This document shows, piece after piece, positions 54,299 to 61,830 of a stretch of 64,000 nucleotides of DNA. The stretch covers positions 8,428 through 72,427 of the IMG/VR virus record IMGVR_UViG_2545824688_000002; one strand, written 5' to 3'. Origin of the DNA: a virus (lineage: Duplodnaviria > Caudoviricetes). The position numbers and the translations under genes were made by a program. Numbering within the stretch: position 1 is the stretch's first letter; each line of letters opens with the position of its first letter. Below the pieces are notes generated by a model. That model had not been told where the DNA came from, searched no databases, and saw only the letters and a program-made list of their open reading frames with translations.

Positions 54299-54523
54299 CT
54301 ATCCTTGGTAAGAGTACGACTCTTGCACCATCTCAAAATATTCATCTGGCAGCACATCTTTTGCCACCTGACACCAATAGCCCAAATCCCGAACAGCTTC
54401 TGCCAGCTCATCGATCGCATGCTGCTCTTCGATCTCCTTCCCGTCTAAAAACCATTTGCCAGTGTCGTTTCTTTCCAGCATGTGCGCATCCTTTTTATGC
54501 AGGCATACTTTAATTGGCTTCAT
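54299..54523 (-). CDS. Cassette gene, hypothetical protein
   Basis: ATG 54523 after GGGGAGGT adjacent to site 3. Confidence 0.6.
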   Translation of the reverse strand: MKPIKVCLHKKDAHMLERNDTGKWFLDGKEIEEQHAIDELAEAVRDLGYWCQVAKDVLPDEYFEMVQESYSYQG

Positions 54524-54538
54524 CGTTCTTACCTCCCC

Positions 54539-54566
54539 ATTTAACAAATCGTGTGTTTTGTTAAGC
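54539..54566 (+). repeat. dif-like site 3 ATTTAACAAAT-CGTGTG-TTTTGTTAAGC
   Basis: Same layout and orientation. Confidence 0.7.
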
Positions 54567-54740
54567 GTATGAGCCTCGAAAATCACCATCAGGTTCAGCT
54601 TTCGCCATAACATCGTCAAGTGAGCATTTAGCATTTTCGCAACACCAATACTTGAATGAATCGTAATAACCCACATATTCGACTAGTTTCATTTTCACAC
54701 CACAAGAACAAATTGGTCTTTTCTCAAATTTCACTCTCAT
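54561..54740 (-). CDS. Cassette gene, 59-aa zinc-ribbon-like protein
   Basis: MRVKFEKRPICSCGVKM...WCCENAKC; SD next to site 4; TAA inside site 3. Confidence 0.6.
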   Translation of the reverse strand: MRVKFEKRPICSCGVKMKLVEYVGYYDSFKYWCCENAKCSLDDVMAKAEPDGDFRGSYA

Positions 54741-54751
54741 GTCGAACCTCC

Positions 54752-54779
54752 ATTTATCTAAATTACCGATTTGTTAAAT
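54752..54779 (+). repeat. dif-like site 4 ATTTATCTAAA-TTACCG-ATTTGTTAAAT
   Basis: Same layout and orientation. Confidence 0.65.
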
Positions 54780-55054
54780 CAGTCTCTTTGTCGCGCTTCT
54801 CTCCGCCACTTTAAACCAAGAGGATCGTCAGCGGCTGCCTCAATTCGCTCATAGTCAGATTCAGTGCCCCATTGCATCACGGCTGTCTCAGTTTCATTTT
54901 TGTACCCGAAAAAACCAACAGATCTCCAATCTTTGAATTGTTCGGTTAATCCTCGCTCCATGCACCATGCTTTGAACATTTCCGCTAGGAATACGTTGCT
55001 ATTTGTCCGAAAAGCCTTTACAGGCCTTCCGTTAACAATTGCTATACCCACCAT
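54779..55054 (-). CDS. Cassette gene, hypothetical protein
   Basis: SD GGGAGG; stop touches site 4. Confidence 0.6.
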   Translation of the reverse strand: MVGIAIVNGRPVKAFRTNSNVFLAEMFKAWCMERGLTEQFKDWRSVGFFGYKNETETAVMQWGTESDYERIEAAADDPLGLKWRREARQRD

Positions 55055-55078
55055 ATTGACGATCCTCCCGATAACTAT

Positions 55079-55252
55079 TTAGTTGAGGCGATCATTTATG
55101 AAATCAGCAACCTCGAAGTCCTCACCTTCGAAAACTCTCTTCCCGTCTTGAATAACCTCAAATGTATCCATATTTCTTCTTTTTACAGTAAACTCCCCAA
55201 ATTTCTTTTCCTCATTTTCAATAACGAAAATATCCATATCTGTGACCTTCAT
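55079..55252 (-). CDS. Cassette gene, small acidic protein
   Basis: MKVTDMDIFVIENEEKK...; SD overlaps site 5. Confidence 0.6.
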   Translation of the reverse strand: MKVTDMDIFVIENEEKKFGEFTVKRRNMDTFEVIQDGKRVFEGEDFEVADFINDRLN

Positions 55253-55261
55253 GCTCTTCCC

Positions 55262-55289
55262 CCTTTTCAAATTACACATTGTGTTATGT
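55262..55289 (+). repeat. dif-like site 5 CCTTTTCAAAT-TACACA-TTGTGTTATGT
   Basis: Same layout and orientation; most divergent copy. Confidence 0.6.
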
Positions 55290-55356
55290 CAAACTCATTG
55301 ACTATAAGTTCCAATTACACCAAAATGGTAATATGCGTTACTAAGGAGAGGATCCC

Positions 55357-55653
55357 ATGCCCTTATTCTTTGGAGTATCGTTTATAGTTCTTGCGGCGAT
55401 TGGCAAGGTGCCTTCAACAAATCTACTCTGCTTATTGATTGCGGCACTATTATTGATTGCCCGTGAATTTATTACAAGAACGAAGATTTCGGATTCCTTG
55501 CTGTTCTTCGTTGTTTTCAGTGTTGTTGTTCTACCGCTTTTTAATTTTTGGAAAGATGTAAATCTACCGGACGTTCAACCGACTGTATTATTAACTATGT
55601 TTGGGGTCGTTCTCGTGTTGACCGGGTTTAAGACGCACCTACACCGACAGTAA
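55357..55653 (+). CDS. Antisense four-TM membrane protein (moron)
   Basis: Four hydrophobic segments; SD AAGGAG; AT-rich. Confidence 0.65.
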   Translation: MPLFFGVSFIVLAAIGKVPSTNLLCLLIAALLLIAREFITRTKISDSLLFFVVFSVVVLPLFNFWKDVNLPDVQPTVLLTMFGVVLVLTGFKTHLHRQ

Positions 55654-55657
55654 CTCG

Positions 55658-56062
55658 TCACAACCACCCCGCCAGCTCCTCCGCACTCGGAGCGTCAACC
55701 ACCGCCCGCCCCCGTTCCTTTTCCCGCGCCACCTCCGCCAACACTTTCGGCAGCACGCGGCCCTTCATATACACAGACATAAACGTAAAGTTGATGCCGG
55801 GGTACTCGCGCGTCGGCCGGTACTCGCGGAAGCACGCGTCAATAAACCGGCGCACCACCTCCGTTCCATGTTCGCCCACCATCCGCTTTATCTCGCCTTG
55901 TTCCCGCCTCCATCCGCCGCGTCCGGGCACGTAGTCGATTCCGTACAGCTCGCGGTGGCGGTCGCGGAGGTACTCCGTAAACGTCAGCGTGTTCCAGTCC
56001 GAGAGCTCCCGTTCGCGCCAGGCTTTGGCGGGCGGGAGGCGGCGTTTAGTCGCGTGTGTCAT
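55658..56062 (-). CDS. Phage replication-associated protein (tentative)
   Basis: WNTLTFTEYL...YGIDYVP...FIDACFREY; upstream of the loader in transcription direction. Confidence 0.55.
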   Translation of the reverse strand: MTHATKRRLPPAKAWRERELSDWNTLTFTEYLRDRHRELYGIDYVPGRGGWRREQGEIKRMVGEHGTEVVRRFIDACFREYRPTREYPGINFTFMSVYMKGRVLPKVLAEVAREKERGRAVVDAPSAEELAGWL

Positions 56063-56336
56063 CGGAACCCTCCCCTGTTAACGCCCGCAGCGCAATCCGA
56101 CGAGCAGACGTGGAATATATGGTTGGAACGAGGGTGATCGCGGATAGTGCCGACCGCAACCGTTTGACCTCCGCCTCCAATTCCGCCACGCGGTCGTTCG
56201 CCTTCTGTCCGTGTTCCGCAACGCGTTTGCCGCGCGCCGCCATACTCCGCGTCGAGTCCGGCAATCGGTCGTCGTTCATCTCACGGTCAAAATGCGCGAT
56301 TACACGTTTCCAGTACGTTGTGTTATCGTTGGTCAC
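56046..56336 (-). CDS. Hypothetical protein
   Basis: Coupled early ORF with coiled coil. Confidence 0.55.
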   Translation of the reverse strand: MTNDNTTYWKRVIAHFDREMNDDRLPDSTRSMAARGKRVAEHGQKANDRVAELEAEVKRLRSALSAITLVPTIYSTSARRIALRALTGEGSDDTRD

Positions 56337-56661
56337 TGGCGAGCACCTCCTTTGGCGGACATTTGACGTCGCGAACCTTTCCGTGGAATATCGTTTGTAG
56401 CCGGACCTTTGCGGCTTTGACCGCTCGAGTTCGTGACAATTCCTCCTCGTAGAGCGCTAATAGCTTACAAATTACCGCGTCTATTTCACCTTCTAATTCC
56501 GTAACTTTGGTGTCCTTAATCACAACAACCTGAACAGTTTTCCATCCGTACCACTTCCGTGTCTGCAACCTGGCTTCGAAGTCGTACCACGCGAAGGACG
56601 ATTCTGGCTCCGAAATTACAACGCGCATCCCAGTCGGCAGGTAAACGTGAATGTCGTCCAC
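56323..56661 (-). CDS. Hypothetical protein
   Basis: Coupled early ORF. Confidence 0.55.
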   Translation of the reverse strand: MDDIHVYLPTGMRVVISEPESSFAWYDFEARLQTRKWYGWKTVQVVVIKDTKVTELEGEIDAVICKLLALYEEELSRTRAVKAAKVRLQTIFHGKVRDVKCPPKEVLASDQR

Positions 56662-57017
56662 TACTCGGCCGCCTCCCTCAATATCCGAACCACCGATTTT
56701 AGGGCGTCCTCATAAACTCCCCATTCGGAGCTTTCGAGTGCCTCGTCAATGACACGTTTCAAACGCGCAACCTCCGCTTCGGCCACCAATGCACGCTCTA
56801 TCGCGTGAGGCCATCCGGCGCGGGCTTCGGCGATGAACCGGGCGTCCGCTTCCTCCGCGCAGTCGGCTACGATTACCCCACCGCCCCAAGACGGTACCTC
56901 CATAGCTTCAACGAGCGGTCTGCGCGTCTCAACATCGTAATCAAGCGTCCAAGGCCCGACCGTAGCCGCACCACATATCGCCAAGTCGACGTGTAAGTCG
57001 CGTTTGTTTTCGCTCAT
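56661..57017 (-). CDS. Ead/Ea22-like protein
   Basis: ATVGPW...DARFIAEARAGWP. Confidence 0.65.
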   Translation of the reverse strand: MSENKRDLHVDLAICGAATVGPWTLDYDVETRRPLVEAMEVPSWGGGVIVADCAEEADARFIAEARAGWPHAIERALVAEAEVARLKRVIDEALESSEWGVYEDALKSVVRILREAAE

Positions 57018-57346
57018 CGCGCCAACACCTCCATGATTTCGCGGATTGCGTAGTATTCCGGGTTGATAATGTGTCTGACTCCTGCACCGCACGCAAGCAA
57101 GCACAGCAGGAATGCCCCGCATCCGGTAATAAATGCGTTAGCGGAAAAGTTCTCGTAATCATTGCGCGTTGCCCAGGATGCGATCCCACAAAGCAGGACG
57201 ATTAACAGGAGCCCCACAGCAAGCACCACATAAGTCCAACCCTCCGCCACCTGCTGACGTACGAGTACGCCATATACGTGTTCTGCCGCGACTCCGAGCT
57301 TGGCCGCCATCTGTTCGAGGTATTGCGTGAGTTTATCCGTTGTCAT
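57014..57346 (-). CDS. Two-TM membrane protein
   Basis: LEQMAAKLGVAAEHVYGVLVRQ...INPEYYAI. Confidence 0.7.
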   Translation of the reverse strand: MTTDKLTQYLEQMAAKLGVAAEHVYGVLVRQQVAEGWTYVVLAVGLLLIVLLCGIASWATRNDYENFSANAFITGCGAFLLCLLACGAGVRHIINPEYYAIREIMEVLAR

Positions 57347-57696
57347 TGCGTATCGCCTCCGTTATCTAACGCCTGTCGCGCCATAATTCGTAATACCTCG
57401 TAACCTTCCGCTTCGAGCCCGTATGGCGCTTCGTAGGTCGCCATTTCGGCGAGTGCCGTGCGCAACCGCTCAACCTCCGCCAGCAACTTCGGAATGTCCT
57501 CGCGAGCGTGAGCGATGAATTCGGCGTCCTCTACCGTATGAATTAACGACCTGTCTAACCGATCCTGTACGTCAAAAATCGGGAATCCTCCGATGTTGTC
57601 CGGGACCACGCGCCACGGACCCGGCGTCGCCTTTTCCGCACGCTCTCGGGTCGCGGCGATTTCTTCCGGCGTCAAATGTTTTACTGTCGCGGTCAT
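57343..57696 (-). CDS. Ead/Ea22-like protein
   Basis: KATPGPW...DAEFIAHAREDIPKLLAEVERL. Confidence 0.7.
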   Translation of the reverse strand: MTATVKHLTPEEIAATRERAEKATPGPWRVVPDNIGGFPIFDVQDRLDRSLIHTVEDAEFIAHAREDIPKLLAEVERLRTALAEMATYEAPYGLEAEGYEVLRIMARQALDNGGDTQ

Positions 57697-57887
57697 TTCG
57701 TTACCTCCTCGTATTGTTTCGGTGGGATTGCGAGAAAACAATGGAAATCATCGCAATAAAACGAACGGTCCGTTTCTTCGCCAGTTTTCGCACACACCCC
57801 GTCATACTCTCCGGTTATCTCGTGCCCATCGCGGAAATAGACGCAGAAATCACAGACTGCGTGGCAATCGTCGTTACACGTTATCAA
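57693..57887 (-). CDS. Small Cys-rich protein
   Basis: CNDDC, CDFC, GVC, YCDDFHC. Confidence 0.6.
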   Translation of the reverse strand: MITCNDDCHAVCDFCVYFRDGHEITGEYDGVCAKTGEETDRSFYCDDFHCFLAIPPKQYEEVTK

Positions 57888-57989
57888 ACCGAAACACCTC
57901 CGTTTACCCCTTATTACTCCGTGATTTCTCGCAGCAACATTCCGTCGGGTACTCTTTATCCCGGCGCGATTGTTCCGTTGAGTCTTCGC

Positions 57990-58277
57990 CTATTCGCTAG
58001 GGCGTTTTGAACGTAATCTTGCGGCAATTTCGGCGCGTTGCTCGTCCGTCAGCTCACGCGGTTTTGGTTTCGTGACAATACGGACTTGTTTCGCGGTTAG
58101 CGTGGCGCGGACTGCCAACGGCTCGCCCGATTCTGGGTGATCCAGTACGCTGTAGTCCGGCGCGATTGCGATGATTCTTCGGACGTGGGCGGGAACGCAG
58201 CTATACGCAGTCCATTCGTTGGTTTCGCGGTCGAACGTGAGTACCGTCTCTTGTTCGTTGCGTGGGTATGTCGGCAT
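57990..58277 (-). CDS. Conserved phage hypothetical protein
   Basis: EQETVLTFD...WTAYSCVPAH...LTDEQR. Confidence 0.7.
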   Translation of the reverse strand: MPTYPRNEQETVLTFDRETNEWTAYSCVPAHVRRIIAIAPDYSVLDHPESGEPLAVRATLTAKQVRIVTKPKPRELTDEQRAEIAARLRSKRPSE

Positions 58278-58278
58278 A

Positions 58279-58635
58279 CTATCGAGCCTCCTCCATGACA
58301 CGAGCGTTGTGGGCTAACGCATCGCGAGCGTCTTGATACGTGAACGTCCGAATCTCACTATCGCGCATGACGACGGCGTTTCCGGTGCGTCCGCGATTCT
58401 TATACCATGTCATTACGATATATCCGGCGTCGTCGCCTTCGAACGGGACGAATCCGATTGAGCACGGACCCATATCGTCTCTGTGCGTATGACCTTGTGC
58501 CTCCGCAATATTGCGTAAAGCGTTCATGGTCGCGCAATTCCAGTTATCGGGCGAGAACGTCTCCCTTTCGAATGCACAGCGCGGATCATCGCCTGACCAC
58601 GGCTTTCCGCGTTCGACGCATAGTTTGCACGGCAT
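58279..58635 (-). CDS. Hypothetical protein
   Basis: CKLC...DDPRCAF...NWNCATM. Confidence 0.65.
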   Translation of the reverse strand: MPCKLCVERGKPWSGDDPRCAFERETFSPDNWNCATMNALRNIAEAQGHTHRDDMGPCSIGFVPFEGDDAGYIVMTWYKNRGRTGNAVVMRDSEIRTFTYQDARDALAHNARVMEEAR

Positions 58636-58636
58636 G

Positions 58637-58735
58637 TTATCGTACTCCTTTCGTGTTATTGGCGGCATATGCGTAGAGCAAGCGTATTTTGGTGGCGCGG
58701 GATAGGGTGCGCCAGGTTCCGGTGCGGATTCGCAT
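58637..58735 (-). CDS. 32-aa basic micro-protein
   Basis: MRIRTGTWRTLSRATKIRLL...; SD AAGGAG; translated by hand. Confidence 0.45.
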   Translation of the reverse strand: MRIRTGTWRTLSRATKIRLLYAYAANNTKGVR

Positions 58736-58755
58736 GGTGGCGGGCTCCTTTCGGT

Positions 58756-58950
58756 TTAATCGCGGGTTAACGTCATGCTTTCGAGCGCCTCTTCGCTATA
58801 CGCCGCGATTACGTTGGAGGGCATGAGCGGTGCGCCTTCGGGTACGAACAGGACTCCGTATCCCTCGCGGTAGTGGGCGTCGGTGCGGACGCCGAGCGTG
58901 CGGTGGATGGCGGCTTGGATGACGATGAGGGCTTCGGTGTGGTCGCGCAT
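58756..58950 (-). CDS. Hypothetical protein
   Basis: SD AAAGGA. Confidence 0.5.
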   Translation of the reverse strand: MRDHTEALIVIQAAIHRTLGVRTDAHYREGYGVLFVPEGAPLMPSNVIAAYSEEALESMTLTRD

Positions 58951-58969
58951 AGGTACCGTGGTCCTTTCG

Positions 58970-59809
58970 TTAGGATGCGAGGTCCCGGAATAAATCCATG
59001 ACCGCTCTCACGAGCCAAGGCTCCGCCTGCTTACGTTTAAGTACACGAGAGAAAAGTTCGCGAGTAAAGGCATCGCTTTGCAGAGCGGCGATTTTTACGC
59101 TCTTTTCCGCATCCATCTTCGCAAACATACGGTATTCGTCGATAAGATCGGTCCTACGCGTGAAATACGGGTCGATCTCGCTTACTTCTTGAAGGCAACC
59201 GGAAAGGTCGATTGTTTCCGCAATTTGCGAGAGCGCGAGCGTGTCGTCATGGTCGATGCCGAGTTTCGTCATGATCGTTCGGAAAGAGCTTTCTTTTTTG
59301 ACATACCGTTTCATGATGGCGATGTCGATCTTTCGCGCGGAATCTGCGTCCATCTTCATTCCACCAATACGACTGTAATAGGCGGCTTCAATGAGCGCGG
59401 CCTCCATCATTGACGTAGAAAAGTCTTTTTCGGACTTTCCTCTTCGCTTGAGCAACTCCCTCAGTCCAGGGTAGTTTTCGTATGCGAATTTTGCGGAGGC
59501 AACGCCGCGTTCCGCCGCTGTGTAAACATTCATCTTATCGAGAGACCCTTCTTCGTGAGCGAAGTCTTGCGCCCAAAGGTTCGGTCGGAACACGTAGATG
59601 AGTTCTTTATGAGAGTCTTTAATAATTCCGTTATCACGAAAAGCAAGCGTGACGAACGGCTTCTCTTCGGCCAGCTCCGCAGCGTGCTTAATTGCGGTCG
59701 CCTGGAACCTCGCATCACTCAGTTTGTCGTTCTTGGCAACCAATTGTGTGAATTCGGAAAATACACGTTTCCCAACACGTCGTTTCAAACCATCAAAGTT
59801 AGTTGTCAT
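58970..59809 (-). CDS. Hypothetical protein coupled to the ParB-N gene
   Basis: 279-aa ORF starting 2 nt after the ParB-N stop. Confidence 0.7.
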   Translation of the reverse strand: MTTNFDGLKRRVGKRVFSEFTQLVAKNDKLSDARFQATAIKHAAELAEEKPFVTLAFRDNGIIKDSHKELIYVFRPNLWAQDFAHEEGSLDKMNVYTAAERGVASAKFAYENYPGLRELLKRRGKSEKDFSTSMMEAALIEAAYYSRIGGMKMDADSARKIDIAIMKRYVKKESSFRTIMTKLGIDHDDTLALSQIAETIDLSGCLQEVSEIDPYFTRRTDLIDEYRMFAKMDAEKSVKIAALQSDAFTRELFSRVLKRKQAEPWLVRAVMDLFRDLAS

Positions 59810-59811
59810 TC

Positions 59812-60813
59812 CTACTCCTCCTCATTTTTATTGGATTCTTTCGCCTTTTTGAAAACCTCTAAACAAAGTGACAACATCGCCGACTTGTCCGAATCATCCG
59901 CGTACCTATCGAGCAGAATAAGAGCCCCCTCAACGAAAGATTCCAGTTGAGTTAGATACGCTTTCCTCGCGCCCTCGCCAGCCGAACCGACGAGTCTGTA
60001 CGTTGACACCAACGCTGTTGTAGCGTCAAACACGTATTTTCGCGCGGAGATCACAGCGCTGTCCGTATCGGGCAAATCATCGCTGCCCTCGTCACTAGGC
60101 GCAGATTCCTCGACTGCACGCGCCTCTTCCTCGATCTCCGCGATGCGTTCGTCGTGCCTTTTGCGCTTTTCCTCCGGCTGGATTCCGGCGGCTATCGCTT
60201 CATCGCGTTTCATTTCGGCGTAGACCGTACCGATCCGCACCTCCTTCCCGGTTTCGTCGTAGCCGTTGAATAGGCGTTGGTATAGGTCGGGGCGCTTGCG
60301 TTTGACTTCAATAGCCTGCTCTATTGCTCGTTGCGAAACCTGCGCTCTATCTGCTATAATGGCGGACGTCTTCAAACCTGAGCGCATTTTTGCGCTAAGG
60401 TTTTTTCGTTTACCTCTACCGCCTTCGTAACCACCCTCAATTTGTTTCCGCTCTGCCTCCTCAAACAACCCTTCGGCTTCCGCTCGATTTATCTCAATAC
60501 ACACCCGTTGTCCAACAGTCAGCGAATCACGCCCGAGTTTATCGGCAATAATGCGGTCTTTTACCTGGTTGTCAGTAAGTTCCTCGTATATCACAGCTAC
60601 CTCGGCCAGCCCTAATTCACGCGCAGCTCGGAGCCGATGTTTACCATTGAATACGCGACCGTCAGCAAGAGCGAAAATCGGGTACTGTATCCCCTCTCGC
60701 GCCACCTTGTCAAACCATGCTTGCCAGCGCGCCTCGCTCATCCACGGGGACAGCCTCTCTTGCAACTCGTGCTCCCTTAGTTCAGTTATCCTTACATATT
60801 GTATCGCGCCCAT
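59812..60813 (-). CDS. ParB/Srx N-terminal domain protein with HTH
   Basis: GIQYPI...FNGKHRLRAARELG; IADRAQVSQRAIEQA. Confidence 0.8.
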   Translation of the reverse strand: MGAIQYVRITELREHELQERLSPWMSEARWQAWFDKVAREGIQYPIFALADGRVFNGKHRLRAARELGLAEVAVIYEELTDNQVKDRIIADKLGRDSLTVGQRVCIEINRAEAEGLFEEAERKQIEGGYEGGRGKRKNLSAKMRSGLKTSAIIADRAQVSQRAIEQAIEVKRKRPDLYQRLFNGYDETGKEVRIGTVYAEMKRDEAIAAGIQPEEKRKRHDERIAEIEEEARAVEESAPSDEGSDDLPDTDSAVISARKYVFDATTALVSTYRLVGSAGEGARKAYLTQLESFVEGALILLDRYADDSDKSAMLSLCLEVFKKAKESNKNEEE

Positions 60814-60886
60814 ATCACCTACCTCCTTGAGTATCTTTTTTATATGACTGACTTCGCGAACGACAGTGAGCGATATCTTTTATCTA

Positions 60887-60923
60887 GTTTAAAGATGGTT
60901 ATTGTTTAAAGATGGTTATTGTT
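60887..60923. repeat. Tandem 17-bp repeat GTTTAAAGATGGTTATT x2 (origin-like)
   Basis: Copies at 60887-60903 and 60904-60920, at the 3' end of the HTH initiator-like gene. Confidence 0.85.
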
Positions 60924-60927
60924 AGTG

Positions 60928-61383
60928 TCAAGGAGAGCCGTATACGGATAGACCCGTGTCGGCTCCGCTTGACATGGCTTCCGCCTCCCCGTTGAAAATC
61001 GCGAGCTGGCTGACCGGCAGCACCGTATACCGCGTATTATCAAACCGCTGACTCCCGTCCTCCCTCCCTCTTGTCGCGTGCACCAACGGACGCCCCCGCC
61101 ACCTGTACGCAAGCAACGATTTTATCCGGGCCGCCGCCGTCTGCCGGGATACTCCGAGCCTCCTCGCGATGTGTTCTTGCGACGGGTAGCAATCGCCGTT
61201 TGCGTCCATGAACGAGGCGAGCACGCAGAGCGTCTGCCACCTTTCCGCGCCCATGTCCGCGATCAGACCGGAGATGGCGGCGTCTACGTACATTTTTACG
61301 AAGATACGCGTTTCTCGGCGTCCAGTGGTGACGGAGTATTCCGATTGGGTTTCGACTGATACGAGATTTTGCTCAGCGGACAA
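60928..61383 (-). CDS. HTH replication initiator-like protein
   Basis: CYPSQEHIARRLGVSRQTA (HTH_36-like). Confidence 0.75.
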   Translation of the reverse strand: MSAEQNLVSVETQSEYSVTTGRRETRIFVKMYVDAAISGLIADMGAERWQTLCVLASFMDANGDCYPSQEHIARRLGVSRQTAAARIKSLLAYRWRGRPLVHATRGREDGSQRFDNTRYTVLPVSQLAIFNGEAEAMSSGADTGLSVYGSP

Positions 61384-61384
61384 G

Positions 61385-61600
61385 TTATCGCCTCCTTTTC
61401 GGTACGTACTCGCGTATCACGTATTTACCGATCTCGCGCCGGACTAGGTCGTCAAACTCCGCTTGGCTCGGGAATATACGTAATTCCGATTGAACGTAAT
61501 CCTTCGCCATGTTTTCGAGTGCCATGAGCGCCTGTTTGCGGGTCGGGTACGTACGCTTCATTTTGTTGCGAAAGAAAAGAACGAAAAGTGATTCGGACAT
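61385..61600 (-). CDS. Hypothetical protein, first gene of the early operon
   Basis: SD GGGAGGTG. Confidence 0.55.
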   Translation of the reverse strand: MSESLFVLFFRNKMKRTYPTRKQALMALENMAKDYVQSELRIFPSQAEFDDLVRREIGKYVIREYVPKRRR

Positions 61601-61693
61601 TTACGGAGTCACCTCCCTTTTCTGCTTTTACTCTTCTTAACGCACTAATCAGAGAACTGTACAACTCTATTTGAAATATTTTCGTGCTCAACT

Positions 61694-61726
61694 AGATTGC
61701 CGATAGATTCGACCGTTATCGCGCAC
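61694..61726 (-). promoter_or_regulatory. Putative phage-sigma promoter GTGCGCG-N18-GGCAATCT
   Basis: One mismatch to the motif. Confidence 0.7.
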
Positions 61727-61755
61727 TTTTTTTCAAGATTTTTTCATCCTCAATG

Positions 61756-61788
61756 AGATTACCAGTCGGGTCGGGAGATTCCGCGCAC
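61756..61788 (-). promoter_or_regulatory. Putative phage-sigma promoter GTGCGCG-N18-GGTAATCT
   Basis: Exact motif just downstream of the integrase terminator. Confidence 0.75.
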
Positions 61789-61796
61789 TTCCGGAC

Positions 61797-61830
61797 AAAA
61801 AAAATAACGCCAGCCCCGAAGGACTAGCGT
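61797..61830 (-). terminator. Integrase terminator
   Basis: ACGCTAGTCC-TTCG-GGGCTGGCGT then T-tract. Confidence 0.8.

Noticed and set aside
53620-55289. CRISPR array
   Set aside because: Repeats are degenerate, spaced about 210-510 bp apart and separated by ORFs; no cas operon.
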